From the NCBI GenBank assembly GCA_965223845.1, contig CBDCXR010000004.1, forward strand, positions 2,560,001 through 2,624,000: a stretch of 64,000 nucleotides of DNA, in the 5' to 3' direction. The notes beneath the pieces are model-generated. The model worked only from the letters and a program-made list of their open reading frames with translations, was not told where the DNA came from and ran no database searches. Origin of the DNA: Planctomycetota bacterium (GTDB taxonomy: Bacteria > Planctomycetota > UBA8108 > SXIK01). The translations under genes and the position numbers were made by a program. Positions within the stretch are counted from its first letter, which is position 1. Every line of letters starts with the position of its first letter. Positions 46,309 through 56,678 of the stretch are shown here, piece by piece.

Positions 46309-47787
46309 CTACGCGAGAATCGATTCGATCACGCTCCCGTGTACGTCGGTGAGTCGGCGGTCGATCCCGTTGTGGCGCACGGAGAGTCGAGTGTGATCGA
46401 TTCCGAGAAGGTGGAGCACGGTCGCGTGGAGGTCGTAACTCCAAATCGGCTCGCGCGCCTTCCACCCCCACTCGTCGCTCTCCCCGTGCGCGACGCCACC
46501 GCGAACTCCACCGCCGGCGAGCCAAGTGACAAACGTTCCCGCGTTGTGGTCGCGTCCGGCTTGCCCCTGGCTGAACGGCATCCGGCCGAACTCGGTCGTC
46601 CAGATGACGAGAGTATCGTCGAAGAGCCCGCGGCTCTTCAGGTCTTCTAGGAGCCCTGCGATCGGACGATCCGTCTGGGCCGCCATGCGCGGAAGCTCGC
46701 CCCGGATGTTCGCGTGATTGTCCCAGTTGTCCTTCGGACCACCCGCGCCGCTCCACACCTGGACGAAGCGGACTCCGCGCTCGACCATCCTTCGCGCAAG
46801 AAGGCAGCGAAGGCCGAAGTCGCGCGTGGGGTCCGAGTCGATGCCGTAAAGGCGGCGCGTCGCGCGTGTCTCGCGCGAGAGATCGAAGAGCTCCGGTGCG
46901 GCGAGCTGCATTCGCGCGGCGAGCTCGTAGGACTCGAGGCGGGCAGCGAGTCCGGGATGATGCGGAGCGGCGTGCAAGCGTCGTTCGTCGAGCCAGCGAA
47001 GCAGCGCTCGACCGTCGCGCTCGCTCGCCGGGGTGATGAACTCCGCGCCGGGCGGCGGACGCAGGAAGGGAATCGGTTCCTTCTCCGCGTTCGAGATCAC
47101 CGTAGCTTGGTGCTCCGCACCCAGAAACGCGGCGGAGAAGTTGCCGCGATTGTTGTAGGGGAGACCGCGTGCGTCGGGGAGCGCGACGAACGCCGGCAGA
47201 TTCTCGTTCGGGTCACCGAGCGCGTAGGAAATCCAGGCTCCAACACAAGGGAATCCCGGCTCCGTGAAGCCGGTATTCTGCATGTAGCTCGCGAGGCCGT
47301 GGACGTTCGACTTCGACGCCATCGAAAGGAGAAACGCGATGTCGTCGACCTGCGTCGCGACGTGCGGGAACACTTCGCTCACCCACCGGCCACACTCGCC
47401 CCGGCGACGGAACTCAAAGGGACTCTTCAAGACCTTGAATCCCGGGGAGCCGGTCACCGACTCGAGCTGCGCGTTCGCGCCGGGATCGAACCGTCGGCCG
47501 TGGAGCTCCGCGAGGCGCGGCTTGTAGTCGAACGTGTCCATCGGACTCGCGCCGCCGTTCATGAAGAGCTGGATCACACGGCGGACGCGAGGGCGATGAT
47601 GGACCGTTCGTCCAGAGGCCTCCCCTGATCGCGCGACCGCGCGAGACGCTCCGATCGCCGGCGCGCGTCCAAAGAGCGCGGCGACGACGAGCTGCCCGAA
47701 CCCGCCGCCCGCTCCGAGCAGAATGTCTCGCCGCGCAACCGCTCGAGCGCGGCTTGTTTCGACTCTGGTTGGAGGGGCGATGGACAT
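46309..47787 (-). CDS. DUF1501 domain protein (Tat-like signal)
   Basis: RRDIL, VIQLFMNGGASPMDTFDYKP, CLLARRMVERGVRFVQ, WDNH, TEFGRMP, GRDHN, DLHATVLHLLGID. Confidence 0.9.
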   Translation of the reverse strand: MSIAPPTRVETSRARAVARRDILLGAGGGFGQLVVAALFGRAPAIGASRAVARSGEASGRTVHHRPRVRRVIQLFMNGGASPMDTFDYKPRLAELHGRRFDPGANAQLESVTGSPGFKVLKSPFEFRRRGECGRWVSEVFPHVATQVDDIAFLLSMASKSNVHGLASYMQNTGFTEPGFPCVGAWISYALGDPNENLPAFVALPDARGLPYNNRGNFSAAFLGAEHQATVISNAEKEPIPFLRPPPGAEFITPASERDGRALLRWLDERRLHAAPHHPGLAARLESYELAARMQLAAPELFDLSRETRATRRLYGIDSDPTRDFGLRCLLARRMVERGVRFVQVWSGAGGPKDNWDNHANIRGELPRMAAQTDRPIAGLLEDLKSRGLFDDTLVIWTTEFGRMPFSQGQAGRDHNAGTFVTWLAGGGVRGGVAHGESDEWGWKAREPIWSYDLHATVLHLLGIDHTRLSVRHNGIDRRLTDVHGSVIESILA

Positions 47788-47804
47788 AGCGCGCGGCTCG
47801 TGCG

Positions 47805-50504
47805 TTAGCGAACGAACAGGAACTCACTCGAGTTGAGCACGATGCGACAAGCGTTCGCGAGACCGTGCTTCGCGGCGAACGCCGCGACACGATCACACTC
47901 TTCTCCGTCCGGCCGGCGCCCGTACGCGAGGAGAAAGAGGCGCGCGATGCGCTCGTCGAGCCCGTCGACTTCTCGTTCGATCCTCGCCGCGAGATGTTCA
48001 CTCTGACGAACGAGAAAACGGTCGTGGAGAAGGGCGAGTGCTTGAAGCGGTGTGACGGTCGACTCACGAACCGGAGTGAGAAGCGACGCATCCGGACAGT
48101 CGAGTGCGGCAAAGAGCGGATCGGGCACGGTGCGAAAGACGAATCGATACACGGCGCGGCGACGGCTTGCGGCACTGTCGATGTCAAACGCGCCGTAGTC
48201 GACGACAGGGGTCACGTGTATCCCCGGCGATTCGACGAAGTGTCGCGCCGAGGGGCCGTGCATCCGAACGTCGATCGTCCCGCTCATCGCGAGGACCGCA
48301 TCGCGTACGCTCTCGGCGTCGAGTCGCCGTGGAGCCCGCCGCCAGAGCAGGCGATTCTCGGAATCCACGGCGAGCGCGGCCGGGTCGACGCGTCCCGATT
48401 GCCGGTAAACCGAGCTCGTCATGATCACTCGATGGAGAGCCTTCAAGGAACCGCCGCGATCTTGGAACCACGCCGCGAGCCAATCGAGAAGCTCGGGGTG
48501 AGACGGCCGGTCGCCGAGGCGACCGAAGTCGTTCGGAGTGGCGACGATTCCGCGGCCGAAGTGGTAATGCCATACGCGATTGACGATGGAACGCCACGTG
48601 AGGACGTTCTTACCGTGGGAAAGCCAGCGCGCGAGGGCCGCGCGGCGCGTTCCCTCGGGCGCGCCGGGGTCGATCTCGAACCTCGCGTCGAGACCGTCCA
48701 CGCAACGGAGCGCACCGGGTATCGCCGTACCGAGAGGCTGATCGATGTCGCCGCGGCGGAGGACGTGCACGGCACGCACACCGCGTGGAGGAACAAAGTT
48801 TCCCTGCGGCTCGAACTCACTCGCCACCGCGTAGACGCGCCGGGGTGCGGACAGGTTCGCGAGCTCCGCTTCCGCGGCCGAGAGCCCGACGAGACGCGCG
48901 AGCTCTGCCCTCTCCGCATCGGTTCGATCGGCCGGAGAGACCGCGAGCAGCGCGGCCAAAGGGGGCGGGACGACGTCCCCGGTCGGCCACGGTCCTTCAT
49001 CGCCGGTGACGGAGAGGCGCACGCGACCGATCAGGTGACCGCCGCCGTGGAGCTGATCTAGAACGACGACGAGCTCGCTTTCAGAAGACGCGCGGACCGG
49101 CTCGGCGAAGGCGAATACCGCAGAATGGGATGCGCCGACCGCCGGGTAAATCCCCCATGCCGTCTCCGGAAGTCCGTCGATCGCACGCTCGATCCCCCAG
49201 CCCGCCTGATTGAAGTCGGCGCTCGCCGAGCGAACGCGCACCACCTCGGGCTCGCCACGGGCGCGGGCGACAAAGAGTCGGATCTCGGAGAGATGGAGGT
49301 TCCCGTTGTCCTGTCGTCCCGGTCCGCCCTTCGGCAGCCGCGCATCCGCGAGAACCTCGAGGCGAACCGCTCGCACGCGAGCGGTCGGGATCGGGGACCG
49401 GACCGTGTACGAGTCCTTCTCCGGCCGCGGGCCGGAGGAGTAGATCGATCCGTCCTTCTCGCGCGAAAGCAGCGCACCTTCCTCCGAACGAAAGGCCCGC
49501 GGTACGAGCGGAATCCAGTTTCGCTCTCGGACGCGAATGCGCTCCTCCTCCTCGCGCGCCGCCCGTTGACGCCGCTCGGAAAGGAGCTCTTCCCTCGAGA
49601 TGGTGTTCTCGCGCAGGGCGTTTCGCTCCGCGAGGAGTCCTTGTCGTCGGGCGTGTACCTTCGGGTCCTCGTCGTATCCTCGCTCGACGCGATCGACTCC
49701 GGCGAACACCGCCTGAAGGCTGTAGTAGTCATCCTGTGTGATCGGGTCGACCTTGTGATCGTGACACCGCGCGCAATGCGCCGTCGCACTCACAAACGTC
49801 GACATGACGGTTTGGATCATGTCGTCGCGATCGAGATAGCGCGCGACCATCTTGTCCTTCGTTCCGTCCTGGATCCCCATCTGTGAGCTTTCGTCCCACG
49901 GCCCCGCCGCGAGGAACGCGGTCGCGACGAGCGCCTGAGGATCTCGAGGGAAGAGAACGTCACCGGCGACCTGCTCCTCAACGAATCGCGCGTACGGTTT
50001 GTCCTCGTTGAAGGATCGGATCAGATAATCGCGGTACGGCCAGGCGTTCGGCCGCGGACGATCTTGGTCGTGTCCGTGCGTCTCGGCGAAATGGACGACA
50101 TCCATCCAGTGGCGCGCCCAGCGTTCGCCGTAGCGAGGACTCGCGAGCAGTCGGTCGACGCGCCGCTCGTAGGCATCCGCCGCCGGATCCGCGACGAACG
50201 CCGCGATCTCCTCCGGCGTCGGCGGCAATCCGACGAGGTCGAACGAAACGCGGCGGAGCAACGTCGCGCGGTCGGCGGTCTCTTGCCGCCGAAGTCCGCG
50301 CTTCTCGAGCGCCGCGAGGATGAACGCGTCGATCGGCGTTCGCACCCACTCGGTATCGCGTACCTGAGGGACGCTCGGACTCGCGAGCGGTCGAAGCGCC
50401 CAGGCCGAGTCATCGGTCGACTCATCGCCACGCACTGCGCGTGGGAGCACCACGGCGAGCGCGAACGCCGAGAAGACGACCGCACGCGTCCTCGATCTCG
50501 ACAT
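47805..50504 (-). CDS. DUF1549/DUF1553 (PSCyt2/PSD1) protein with a central beta-sandwich insertion
   Basis: PIDAFI, RRVSFDLVGLPPT, YGERWARHWMD, AWPYRD, CARCHDHK, VNRVW..HFGRG, PSHPELLDWLA, RRLDAE..RD, TPLQAL. Start overlaps the upstream stop (TGATG). Confidence 0.9.
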   Translation of the reverse strand: MSRSRTRAVVFSAFALAVVLPRAVRGDESTDDSAWALRPLASPSVPQVRDTEWVRTPIDAFILAALEKRGLRRQETADRATLLRRVSFDLVGLPPTPEEIAAFVADPAADAYERRVDRLLASPRYGERWARHWMDVVHFAETHGHDQDRPRPNAWPYRDYLIRSFNEDKPYARFVEEQVAGDVLFPRDPQALVATAFLAAGPWDESSQMGIQDGTKDKMVARYLDRDDMIQTVMSTFVSATAHCARCHDHKVDPITQDDYYSLQAVFAGVDRVERGYDEDPKVHARRQGLLAERNALRENTISREELLSERRQRAAREEEERIRVRERNWIPLVPRAFRSEEGALLSREKDGSIYSSGPRPEKDSYTVRSPIPTARVRAVRLEVLADARLPKGGPGRQDNGNLHLSEIRLFVARARGEPEVVRVRSASADFNQAGWGIERAIDGLPETAWGIYPAVGASHSAVFAFAEPVRASSESELVVVLDQLHGGGHLIGRVRLSVTGDEGPWPTGDVVPPPLAALLAVSPADRTDAERAELARLVGLSAAEAELANLSAPRRVYAVASEFEPQGNFVPPRGVRAVHVLRRGDIDQPLGTAIPGALRCVDGLDARFEIDPGAPEGTRRAALARWLSHGKNVLTWRSIVNRVWHYHFGRGIVATPNDFGRLGDRPSHPELLDWLAAWFQDRGGSLKALHRVIMTSSVYRQSGRVDPAALAVDSENRLLWRRAPRRLDAESVRDAVLAMSGTIDVRMHGPSARHFVESPGIHVTPVVDYGAFDIDSAASRRRAVYRFVFRTVPDPLFAALDCPDASLLTPVRESTVTPLQALALLHDRFLVRQSEHLAARIEREVDGLDERIARLFLLAYGRRPDGEECDRVAAFAAKHGLANACRIVLNSSEFLFVR

Positions 50505-52906
50505 CACTCCGTCTCCGCCCGCGCCGCGGCGGGCCAGCGAAGATGCCGGTGAAGGAACTCGAACGTCCCCTTTCCGTTGATCTTGTGCGGCCCGTCGAAC
50601 CACTCGATCGCGCAGCGATCGCCGATCTTCAGTTGCGCCTGGTAGAGGAACCGCACCTTGGCGAACTCCCACGCGACCGTCCAATCATCGGCGACTCCGT
50701 CGTAGTGCCCGCGCTCGACCATGAACGGCCGCGGAGCGATGAGCGCCGCCATCTCGGCGTAATTGAACGTGCTGCCGAGATCGAACTCGAAGATCTCGTA
50801 CTCGCCCGTCCAGACATAGCTCCGTCCGTGATGCGTCGACGCGTTCTTGTCGACCCACTCGTTGAAATCGGCCGAGCAGATCGAGAGACAGTAATCGGAC
50901 ACGAGCGGAGGGATCCGCATCGCGCTCTTTCCGCCGTAGCTGAGACCGTAGAACGCGATGCGTTCCGGATCGACGATCGGGAGCGACTGGAGCCAGTCGA
51001 CGATCTGTTGGTGCTGCGGCACCATGATCGAGAAGAGCGTCTTTTTCAACGGATTCGCTTTCCGCTGAAGCGTGCGGAATCGATCGCCGAAAATGTAGAG
51101 ATTCTGAGGTGCGAAGGTGATGAACCCACGCTCGGCGAGCTTTGTTGCGAACCTCTCGTAGTACTGCTTGTCTTTCTCGCCGATCACACTCTGCGGCCGT
51201 CCCTCGAGACCGTGCTGGCACACGACGACGGGTCTCCTTTCCCCGGTCGCGATCCCCGACGGGACGAGGAGGAGCCCGTAGGCGATGACGTCGGGGAAAA
51301 CGTCGAGAACGACTTCATACGTCGTGTGGGTCGTGGCTTCACCGAATACACGGGTGCGCGGATTCGCGGGAAGAAGCGGATCGGAGAACGTTCCGATGAC
51401 CTCCTCCGCGAAGAACTCTCGGAGCGGCTCCGCGCTCTTCAGATAGGCCTCCTCGGAGGAAGTGTCGAGGCGATCGAACACGAAGGCCTTGCGCACGGCG
51501 GGGCTCGCGCGAAGGACTTCCTGCGTGTGCCGGTCGATCTCACGCATCGTGCGCTCGAGCCGGCGCAGCGGATCCTCGAGATCGCGGAGAACGCGCGGGG
51601 CGGGACCGCTCGGAGCCGGAGTCGCGCCGCGGCTGAGCTTACCGAGAAACGACTGAAGCGCTGATTCGGAGCCCGGAAGCCCTCGCCCATCGGCGCCGCT
51701 CACAGCGAGTGCGATCCCTCCCGAGGAGTCGAGCTCACTCACGAGCGCACGCGCCCGCGCGATCTCCGAACGGACGGAGTCGAGCGCCGGCGTCACGATT
51801 CGCGCCGGGCCGCCGCCACCGGTTCCGCCGTAGCTCAACTCTGGAGCCTGCGCGGCTTCGACGACGAGGGCGCGCGGGGCCACCAGACTTGCGAGCTCGG
51901 CGTCGCCGAAGCGCTCGAGAAGTGCGAACACGTTACGATCCAGCGGCTCTTCCCAAATGTGGTGACGCCGATCGAAGTACCCGCTCACGCCGGCCGCGTC
52001 GATCCGCGCATCGAGCGCCGCGGAATAGAGTGCGAGGAGACCGCCTTCGCCCCAGCCGTAGACTCCGACGGGTCGATCGGGCGCGTCTTTCTCGAGCCAG
52101 TCGACGACGGCGAGGACCTTTTGAATCTCGTAGCCGACCAGTCCGCGTCCGAGCTCGAACGCCGCGCGATAGAGAAACTCGCGGTGCGTCATCGTCGGCT
52201 TTCGCCCGGGTCCCCAGACAAACTTTCCGCGCGCGCGATCGACGAGCGTCGGAACGATCACCCGGCAGCCGCTCTCGGCGATCCGGCGCGCGAACTGCGC
52301 TTCGGGCGGAGTTCCCGCGACGAGCCCGGCGAGCTGCTCGGGTGTCTGGTCGGCGTCGGGGATCGCGACGACGTCCGCGATCGGTTCCCGCGCGCGCGGA
52401 ACGAGCAGCAATCCTTCGCCGCGCACGCCGGCGAACGCCGGCCAGCGCACGGCGTAGACGTCGAAGCTCGGTGTCGCGCCGACTTGCGCCGAGTGGTCCG
52501 TTGTCCAGACGAGCTCGAGTCCGCTCGGTTCCGGTCGCTCGTCGCGCACACCGAGAATCGAAGCGAGTCGCGCGCGCGAAGGCGCAACGGAACGCTCGTA
52601 CGCCTCGTGCGAGGAGAAGTCGCGGCGCCAGTGCAGTTCGCGAGCGGCCTCCGATTCCTCGATCTTTCGGAGCAGGAATCGATCGACGCCCTCGACGAGC
52701 TGCGACGCGATGTCTCCCTCCAGTCGAAGGAGCTCGGTCCCCGGATAGGGATCGCGATTCTCGTCGGACTGCGAGATCGATCGAGCCGGACTGAGCAGCG
52801 CCGCGACGAGCGCCGTCCCGGCGACGATTCGACGCGACGGCCTCGACGAACGCATCGAAACCGCGCCGCGACACCGGCTTGCGTTCGCACATCGCGTGAG
52901 GCTCAT
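50504..52906 (-). CDS. Tandem alpha/beta-hydrolase (dienelactone hydrolase/acetylxylan esterase-like) protein
   Basis: Two repeated hydrolase domains with elbows GWGEGG and GLSYGG; signal peptide; AAGGAG RBS. Confidence 0.8.
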   Translation of the reverse strand: MSLTRCANASRCRGAVSMRSSRPSRRIVAGTALVAALLSPARSISQSDENRDPYPGTELLRLEGDIASQLVEGVDRFLLRKIEESEAARELHWRRDFSSHEAYERSVAPSRARLASILGVRDERPEPSGLELVWTTDHSAQVGATPSFDVYAVRWPAFAGVRGEGLLLVPRAREPIADVVAIPDADQTPEQLAGLVAGTPPEAQFARRIAESGCRVIVPTLVDRARGKFVWGPGRKPTMTHREFLYRAAFELGRGLVGYEIQKVLAVVDWLEKDAPDRPVGVYGWGEGGLLALYSAALDARIDAAGVSGYFDRRHHIWEEPLDRNVFALLERFGDAELASLVAPRALVVEAAQAPELSYGGTGGGGPARIVTPALDSVRSEIARARALVSELDSSGGIALAVSGADGRGLPGSESALQSFLGKLSRGATPAPSGPAPRVLRDLEDPLRRLERTMREIDRHTQEVLRASPAVRKAFVFDRLDTSSEEAYLKSAEPLREFFAEEVIGTFSDPLLPANPRTRVFGEATTHTTYEVVLDVFPDVIAYGLLLVPSGIATGERRPVVVCQHGLEGRPQSVIGEKDKQYYERFATKLAERGFITFAPQNLYIFGDRFRTLQRKANPLKKTLFSIMVPQHQQIVDWLQSLPIVDPERIAFYGLSYGGKSAMRIPPLVSDYCLSICSADFNEWVDKNASTHHGRSYVWTGEYEIFEFDLGSTFNYAEMAALIAPRPFMVERGHYDGVADDWTVAWEFAKVRFLYQAQLKIGDRCAIEWFDGPHKINGKGTFEFLHRHLRWPAAARAETE

Positions 52907-53140
52907 GGACACGACTCCTTTCCGGGTCTGCGTCGCACGAAGGAGACGGATTCACGAACCTCCGCGCGTCACCGAGCGCCATCTTGTTCGAGCGGGGCGA
53001 GCAGAGCAAGCGAGAGGGCGGTCTCGATCGAGCTCGCGGCCGTTCTCACCCCGGAGTCGATGGATTGCGCCGCGCGGCGGCCGCTCCGTCGACTATCATC
53101 TCGAGACCTCACGTTCCGCGAACCCCACACTTCTCGCCTC

Positions 53141-55468
53141 ATGGAATCAGCGATGACGACTGCCCTTTCTCAATCGCCCCCCATTCGATTCGAACGCTTG
53201 GTGTGTCTCGTCGTTCTCTTCAGCGCCGTCGCCGCTACCGAATCGCACCGCGTCCGTGCCGACTGGAAACCCGCCGAAGGCCCACTCGCGACGCGATGGG
53301 CGAACGACGTTTCCCCGACGAATGCGCTCCCCGAGTACCCGCGGCCACAGCTCGTGAGGCCGGCGTGGTCGAATCTAAACGGACTCTGGGAGTACGCGAT
53401 TCGGCCGAAAGGCGAGTCGCAGCCAGACGAGTTCGACGGTGAAATCCTCGTCCCCTTCGCGATCGAATCGTCACTCTCGGGCGTGATGAAAACGGTCGGA
53501 CCGGAGAACGAACTCTGGTACCGCCGAAGCGCCATGCTGCCGAAGCTCGGCGAGGGCGATCGCCTGCTCCTTCACTTCGAGGCCGTCGACTGGGAAGCGA
53601 CGGTCTGGGTGAACGGGAAGGAGATCGGATCCCATCGCGGTGGTTACGACGGGTTCTCGCTCGACATCACCGGCGCCTTCGCTCGGAGCGCGGACGTCGC
53701 GGAGATCGTCGTTCGCGTCTGGGATCCGACCGATGCGGGCTACCAGCCGAGGGGGAAGCAAGTGGGGAATCCGCGCGGGATCTGGTACACGTCCGTCACC
53801 GGGATCTGGCAGACCGTCTGGCTCGAGCCCGTTCCGGCGGCGTCCATCGACGGTCTCTCGTTCTACCCCGATCTCGATCGCGGCGAGCTGCGCGTTGCCG
53901 CGTCCGGACGGGGAACGACTGCGGAGCATTCTCTCGCGCTCGTTGCGCGCGCCGGAAATCGCGTCGTCGGAACCGCGACGGGTGGCGTCGGCGACGTGAT
54001 CCGTCTCGCGGTTGCGGACGTGCGCGCGTGGTCGCCGGACGATCCGTTTCTCTACGATCTCACCGCGACGCTCCGGCGGGGCGACGAGGTCGTGGACGTC
54101 GTCCAAAGCTACTTTGCCCTCCGATCGATCGAGATGGCGAAGGACGCCGATGGCTTCAATCGTTTCTTTTTGAACGGCGAGCCGATCTTTCACTTCGGGC
54201 CGCTCGATCAAGGCTGGTGGCCCGACGGACTGTACACCGCTCCGACCGACGCCGCTCTCCGCTACGATGTCGAAGTCACGCACCGCATGGGTTTCAACAT
54301 GGCGCGAAAGCACGTCAAGATCGAGCCGCGGCGATGGTACTACCACTGCGACCAACTCGGCTTGATGGTCTGGCAGGATCTGCCGAACGGAGATCGCCAC
54401 ATCCGGCCGGATGAGCCGGATATCGAGCGTTCGCCCGAGTCCGCGGCGAACTTCGCCCGCGAGCTGCGTGCGATGATCGATCGGCTGCAGGCGCACCCGT
54501 CGATCGTCGTCTGGGTTCCGTTCAACGAAGGCTGGGGACAGTTCGACACTCACGGCGTGCTCGGCTGGGTCGAAGATTACGATCCCACGCGCCTCGTCGA
54601 CGGCCCGAGCGGATGGACCGATCGGGGGACGGGGCACATTCATGACATCCATCGCTATCCCGGACCGGCGATGCCGGAACCAGAATCCAACCGAATCGCA
54701 GCTCTCGGCGAATTCGGCGGACTCGGACTCCCGCTCGAAGGTCACCTCTGGTGGAACAAGCGAAACTGGGGCTACCGCACCTACCGCACGAAAGCCGAGC
54801 TGCTTGCGAACTATCGCCGCCTCTTGCGCAAGCTCCACCCGATGGTGGGGCGAGGTCTCGCCGCGGCGATCTACACGCAGACGTCCGACGTCGAAGGCGA
54901 GGTCAACGGACTTCTCACGTACGACCGCGACGAGGTGAAGCTCGGGGTCGAGATCCTCGCCAAGCTGAACCGAGCGCTCTACGGACCGCCGCCGATCATT
55001 CACCGCACGCCGATTCTGGCAACGAGCGAGACGGACCCCGCCGAGTGGCGCTATACGCTCGAAGAGCCGCGAGATGGGTGGGAAACGGGCGAGTTCGACG
55101 ACTCCGCGTGGACCGCCGGACCCGGCGGCTTCGGCCAGGCCGACACTCCAGGTGCCCGAGTCCGAACGGAGTGGACGAGCGAGAGAATTTGGCTCAGACG
55201 GAAGTTCAGCGTTCGCGAGATCCCGTCTCAGCCTCTCTTCTTACGCATCCACCACGATGAGGACGCCGACGTCTACCTGAACGGACGTCACCTCGCGTCG
55301 CTCACGGGGTACACGACCGAATACGAGGACGTGCCGATCGGAGTGGACGTTCGCTCCGTGCTGCGTGCGGGCGAGAACACGCTCGCCGTCCGCTGCCGGC
55401 AGACGGGCGGCGGTCAGTATATCGACGTAGGCCTCGTTGCGATCGTCGAGGAGAGTGCGGAGCGCTGA
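53141..55468 (+). CDS. Glycoside hydrolase family 2 with a C-terminal beta-sandwich domain
   Basis: PEYPRPQ, NLNGLW, LHFEAVDW, GIWQTVWLE, LDQGWWPDG, GFNMARKH.K, WVPFNEGWGQ, GEFGG. Confidence 0.9.
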   Translation: MESAMTTALSQSPPIRFERLVCLVVLFSAVAATESHRVRADWKPAEGPLATRWANDVSPTNALPEYPRPQLVRPAWSNLNGLWEYAIRPKGESQPDEFDGEILVPFAIESSLSGVMKTVGPENELWYRRSAMLPKLGEGDRLLLHFEAVDWEATVWVNGKEIGSHRGGYDGFSLDITGAFARSADVAEIVVRVWDPTDAGYQPRGKQVGNPRGIWYTSVTGIWQTVWLEPVPAASIDGLSFYPDLDRGELRVAASGRGTTAEHSLALVARAGNRVVGTATGGVGDVIRLAVADVRAWSPDDPFLYDLTATLRRGDEVVDVVQSYFALRSIEMAKDADGFNRFFLNGEPIFHFGPLDQGWWPDGLYTAPTDAALRYDVEVTHRMGFNMARKHVKIEPRRWYYHCDQLGLMVWQDLPNGDRHIRPDEPDIERSPESAANFARELRAMIDRLQAHPSIVVWVPFNEGWGQFDTHGVLGWVEDYDPTRLVDGPSGWTDRGTGHIHDIHRYPGPAMPEPESNRIAALGEFGGLGLPLEGHLWWNKRNWGYRTYRTKAELLANYRRLLRKLHPMVGRGLAAAIYTQTSDVEGEVNGLLTYDRDEVKLGVEILAKLNRALYGPPPIIHRTPILATSETDPAEWRYTLEEPRDGWETGEFDDSAWTAGPGGFGQADTPGARVRTEWTSERIWLRRKFSVREIPSQPLFLRIHHDEDADVYLNGRHLASLTGYTTEYEDVPIGVDVRSVLRAGENTLAVRCRQTGGGQYIDVGLVAIVEESAER

Positions 55469-55524
55469 AGCAATCGGGCGCGGGCGGCTTGCGCTGAGAT
55501 TTGTCGGCGAAGCACACCTCCCTC

Positions 55525-56256
55525 TCACTTGATCTCACGAAAGCGGACGTCTTTGAATTCGACCCACATCGGCCTGCCGGCGTGCAGCTGAAACGCGAGA
55601 ACGCCATCCTTGAGCGCCTTGGGGTGACTGTCGGTGAAGTCGAGAATCAGGCGTCCGTTCAGGTAATGCTGAATGTGGTTTCCCCGGGCGATGATGATCA
55701 CGTCGTTCCACTCGTCGAGCTTGAACAGCTTCTTGAACTCTTCGGGCGTGATTAGTTTCTCGACGACCTTCTTCTTGCCGTCTTTGTCCGTCACCGCCTT
55801 CTCGCCGACCAAGCAGATTCGCCCCCGCCTGCCGGCCAAGCCGCCTTCGTCGTAGATGAAGCCGGCGATGTTGGGGAACTTGATCTCGTTTCGGATCTCG
55901 TGCTGATACCCGCGGACACGCCACTTGTTTTTCTTGTCCGGCGTAGAGCGGTACTGAATCCCGGAGTTGTTCGTCGCGTTACAGCGGAAAGACACACGCA
56001 GCTCGAAGTCGGTCGTCTTCCCTTCCTTCCAAACGAGAAACGTGTTGCCCTTGGCCTTCTTTTCCGGGGTCGTCTCGCCGCGGATCGCGCCGTCCTTGAC
56101 GGACCACAACCTCGGGTCGCCGTCCCAGCCCGTTAGGTCCTTTCCGTTGAAAATCCTCTTCATGCCCTTTGGCTCGGGCGGAGCGTTCACGGCATCGTCG
56201 GCCGAGGCGGTGACGGGTAGGCAGAGCAAGGAACTGACGAGGACGCTGCGAATCAT
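55525..56256 (-). CDS. DUF1080 / 3-keto-disaccharide hydrolase family protein
   Basis: FNGKDLTGW, NSGIQYRS, GYQ, WN..I.A.G, G..AFQLH, V.FKDV. Confidence 0.9.
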   Translation of the reverse strand: MIRSVLVSSLLCLPVTASADDAVNAPPEPKGMKRIFNGKDLTGWDGDPRLWSVKDGAIRGETTPEKKAKGNTFLVWKEGKTTDFELRVSFRCNATNNSGIQYRSTPDKKNKWRVRGYQHEIRNEIKFPNIAGFIYDEGGLAGRRGRICLVGEKAVTDKDGKKKVVEKLITPEEFKKLFKLDEWNDVIIIARGNHIQHYLNGRLILDFTDSHPKALKDGVLAFQLHAGRPMWVEFKDVRFREIK

Positions 56257-56618
56257 GGGAAATCTCTCCGATCGAATTGGCTGTTGAAACCCGTGCCGAG
56301 ATCGTATCACGGCGGACTCGGACGCCGCGTTGATTCACCCCGAGGTCGTGAAAAGGGAAAGCAAAAAGCCCGCTCGGCCGGCGCACGGCCCGTCCCTGGT
56401 TGAAGCCGCTCGTCGAGCGCTCGGCCGGATCGGCATCAGCGCTGAAACGAACTAGGGACGAGAACGTTTGAGCAGAGGAAGCGCCTCTTCGGCTGAAGTC
56501 GAAAGCGCAGCCCGGTCGAAATCGATGCTGCTGATTTGACATTCTACGTGCCCGCGAGATCACGATTCCTCGCGAATCACCGGGGAAACTCGGCACCGAT
56601 CGCACCTTCGAATCGGAA

Positions 56619-56647
56619 TTGACAAGACCCAAAACCCGACCCACAAT
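56619..56647 (+). promoter_or_regulatory. Putative sigma70 promoter of the nfeD-floA operon
   Basis: TTGACA-17 nt-CACAAT. Confidence 0.55.
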
Positions 56648-56678
56648 ACCCAAAGTTTTTCCTTATCTGTTTGAGTCA

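Noticed and set aside
51959-53140. Long N-terminal extension of the GH2 ORF
   Set aside because: Overlaps the hydrolase gene on the opposite strand; the signal peptide begins after 53141.
56619-56678. TTG start for NfeD given by the ORF track
   Set aside because: The TTG is the start of a TTGACA -35 box; ATG 56679 or a later codon is more plausible.
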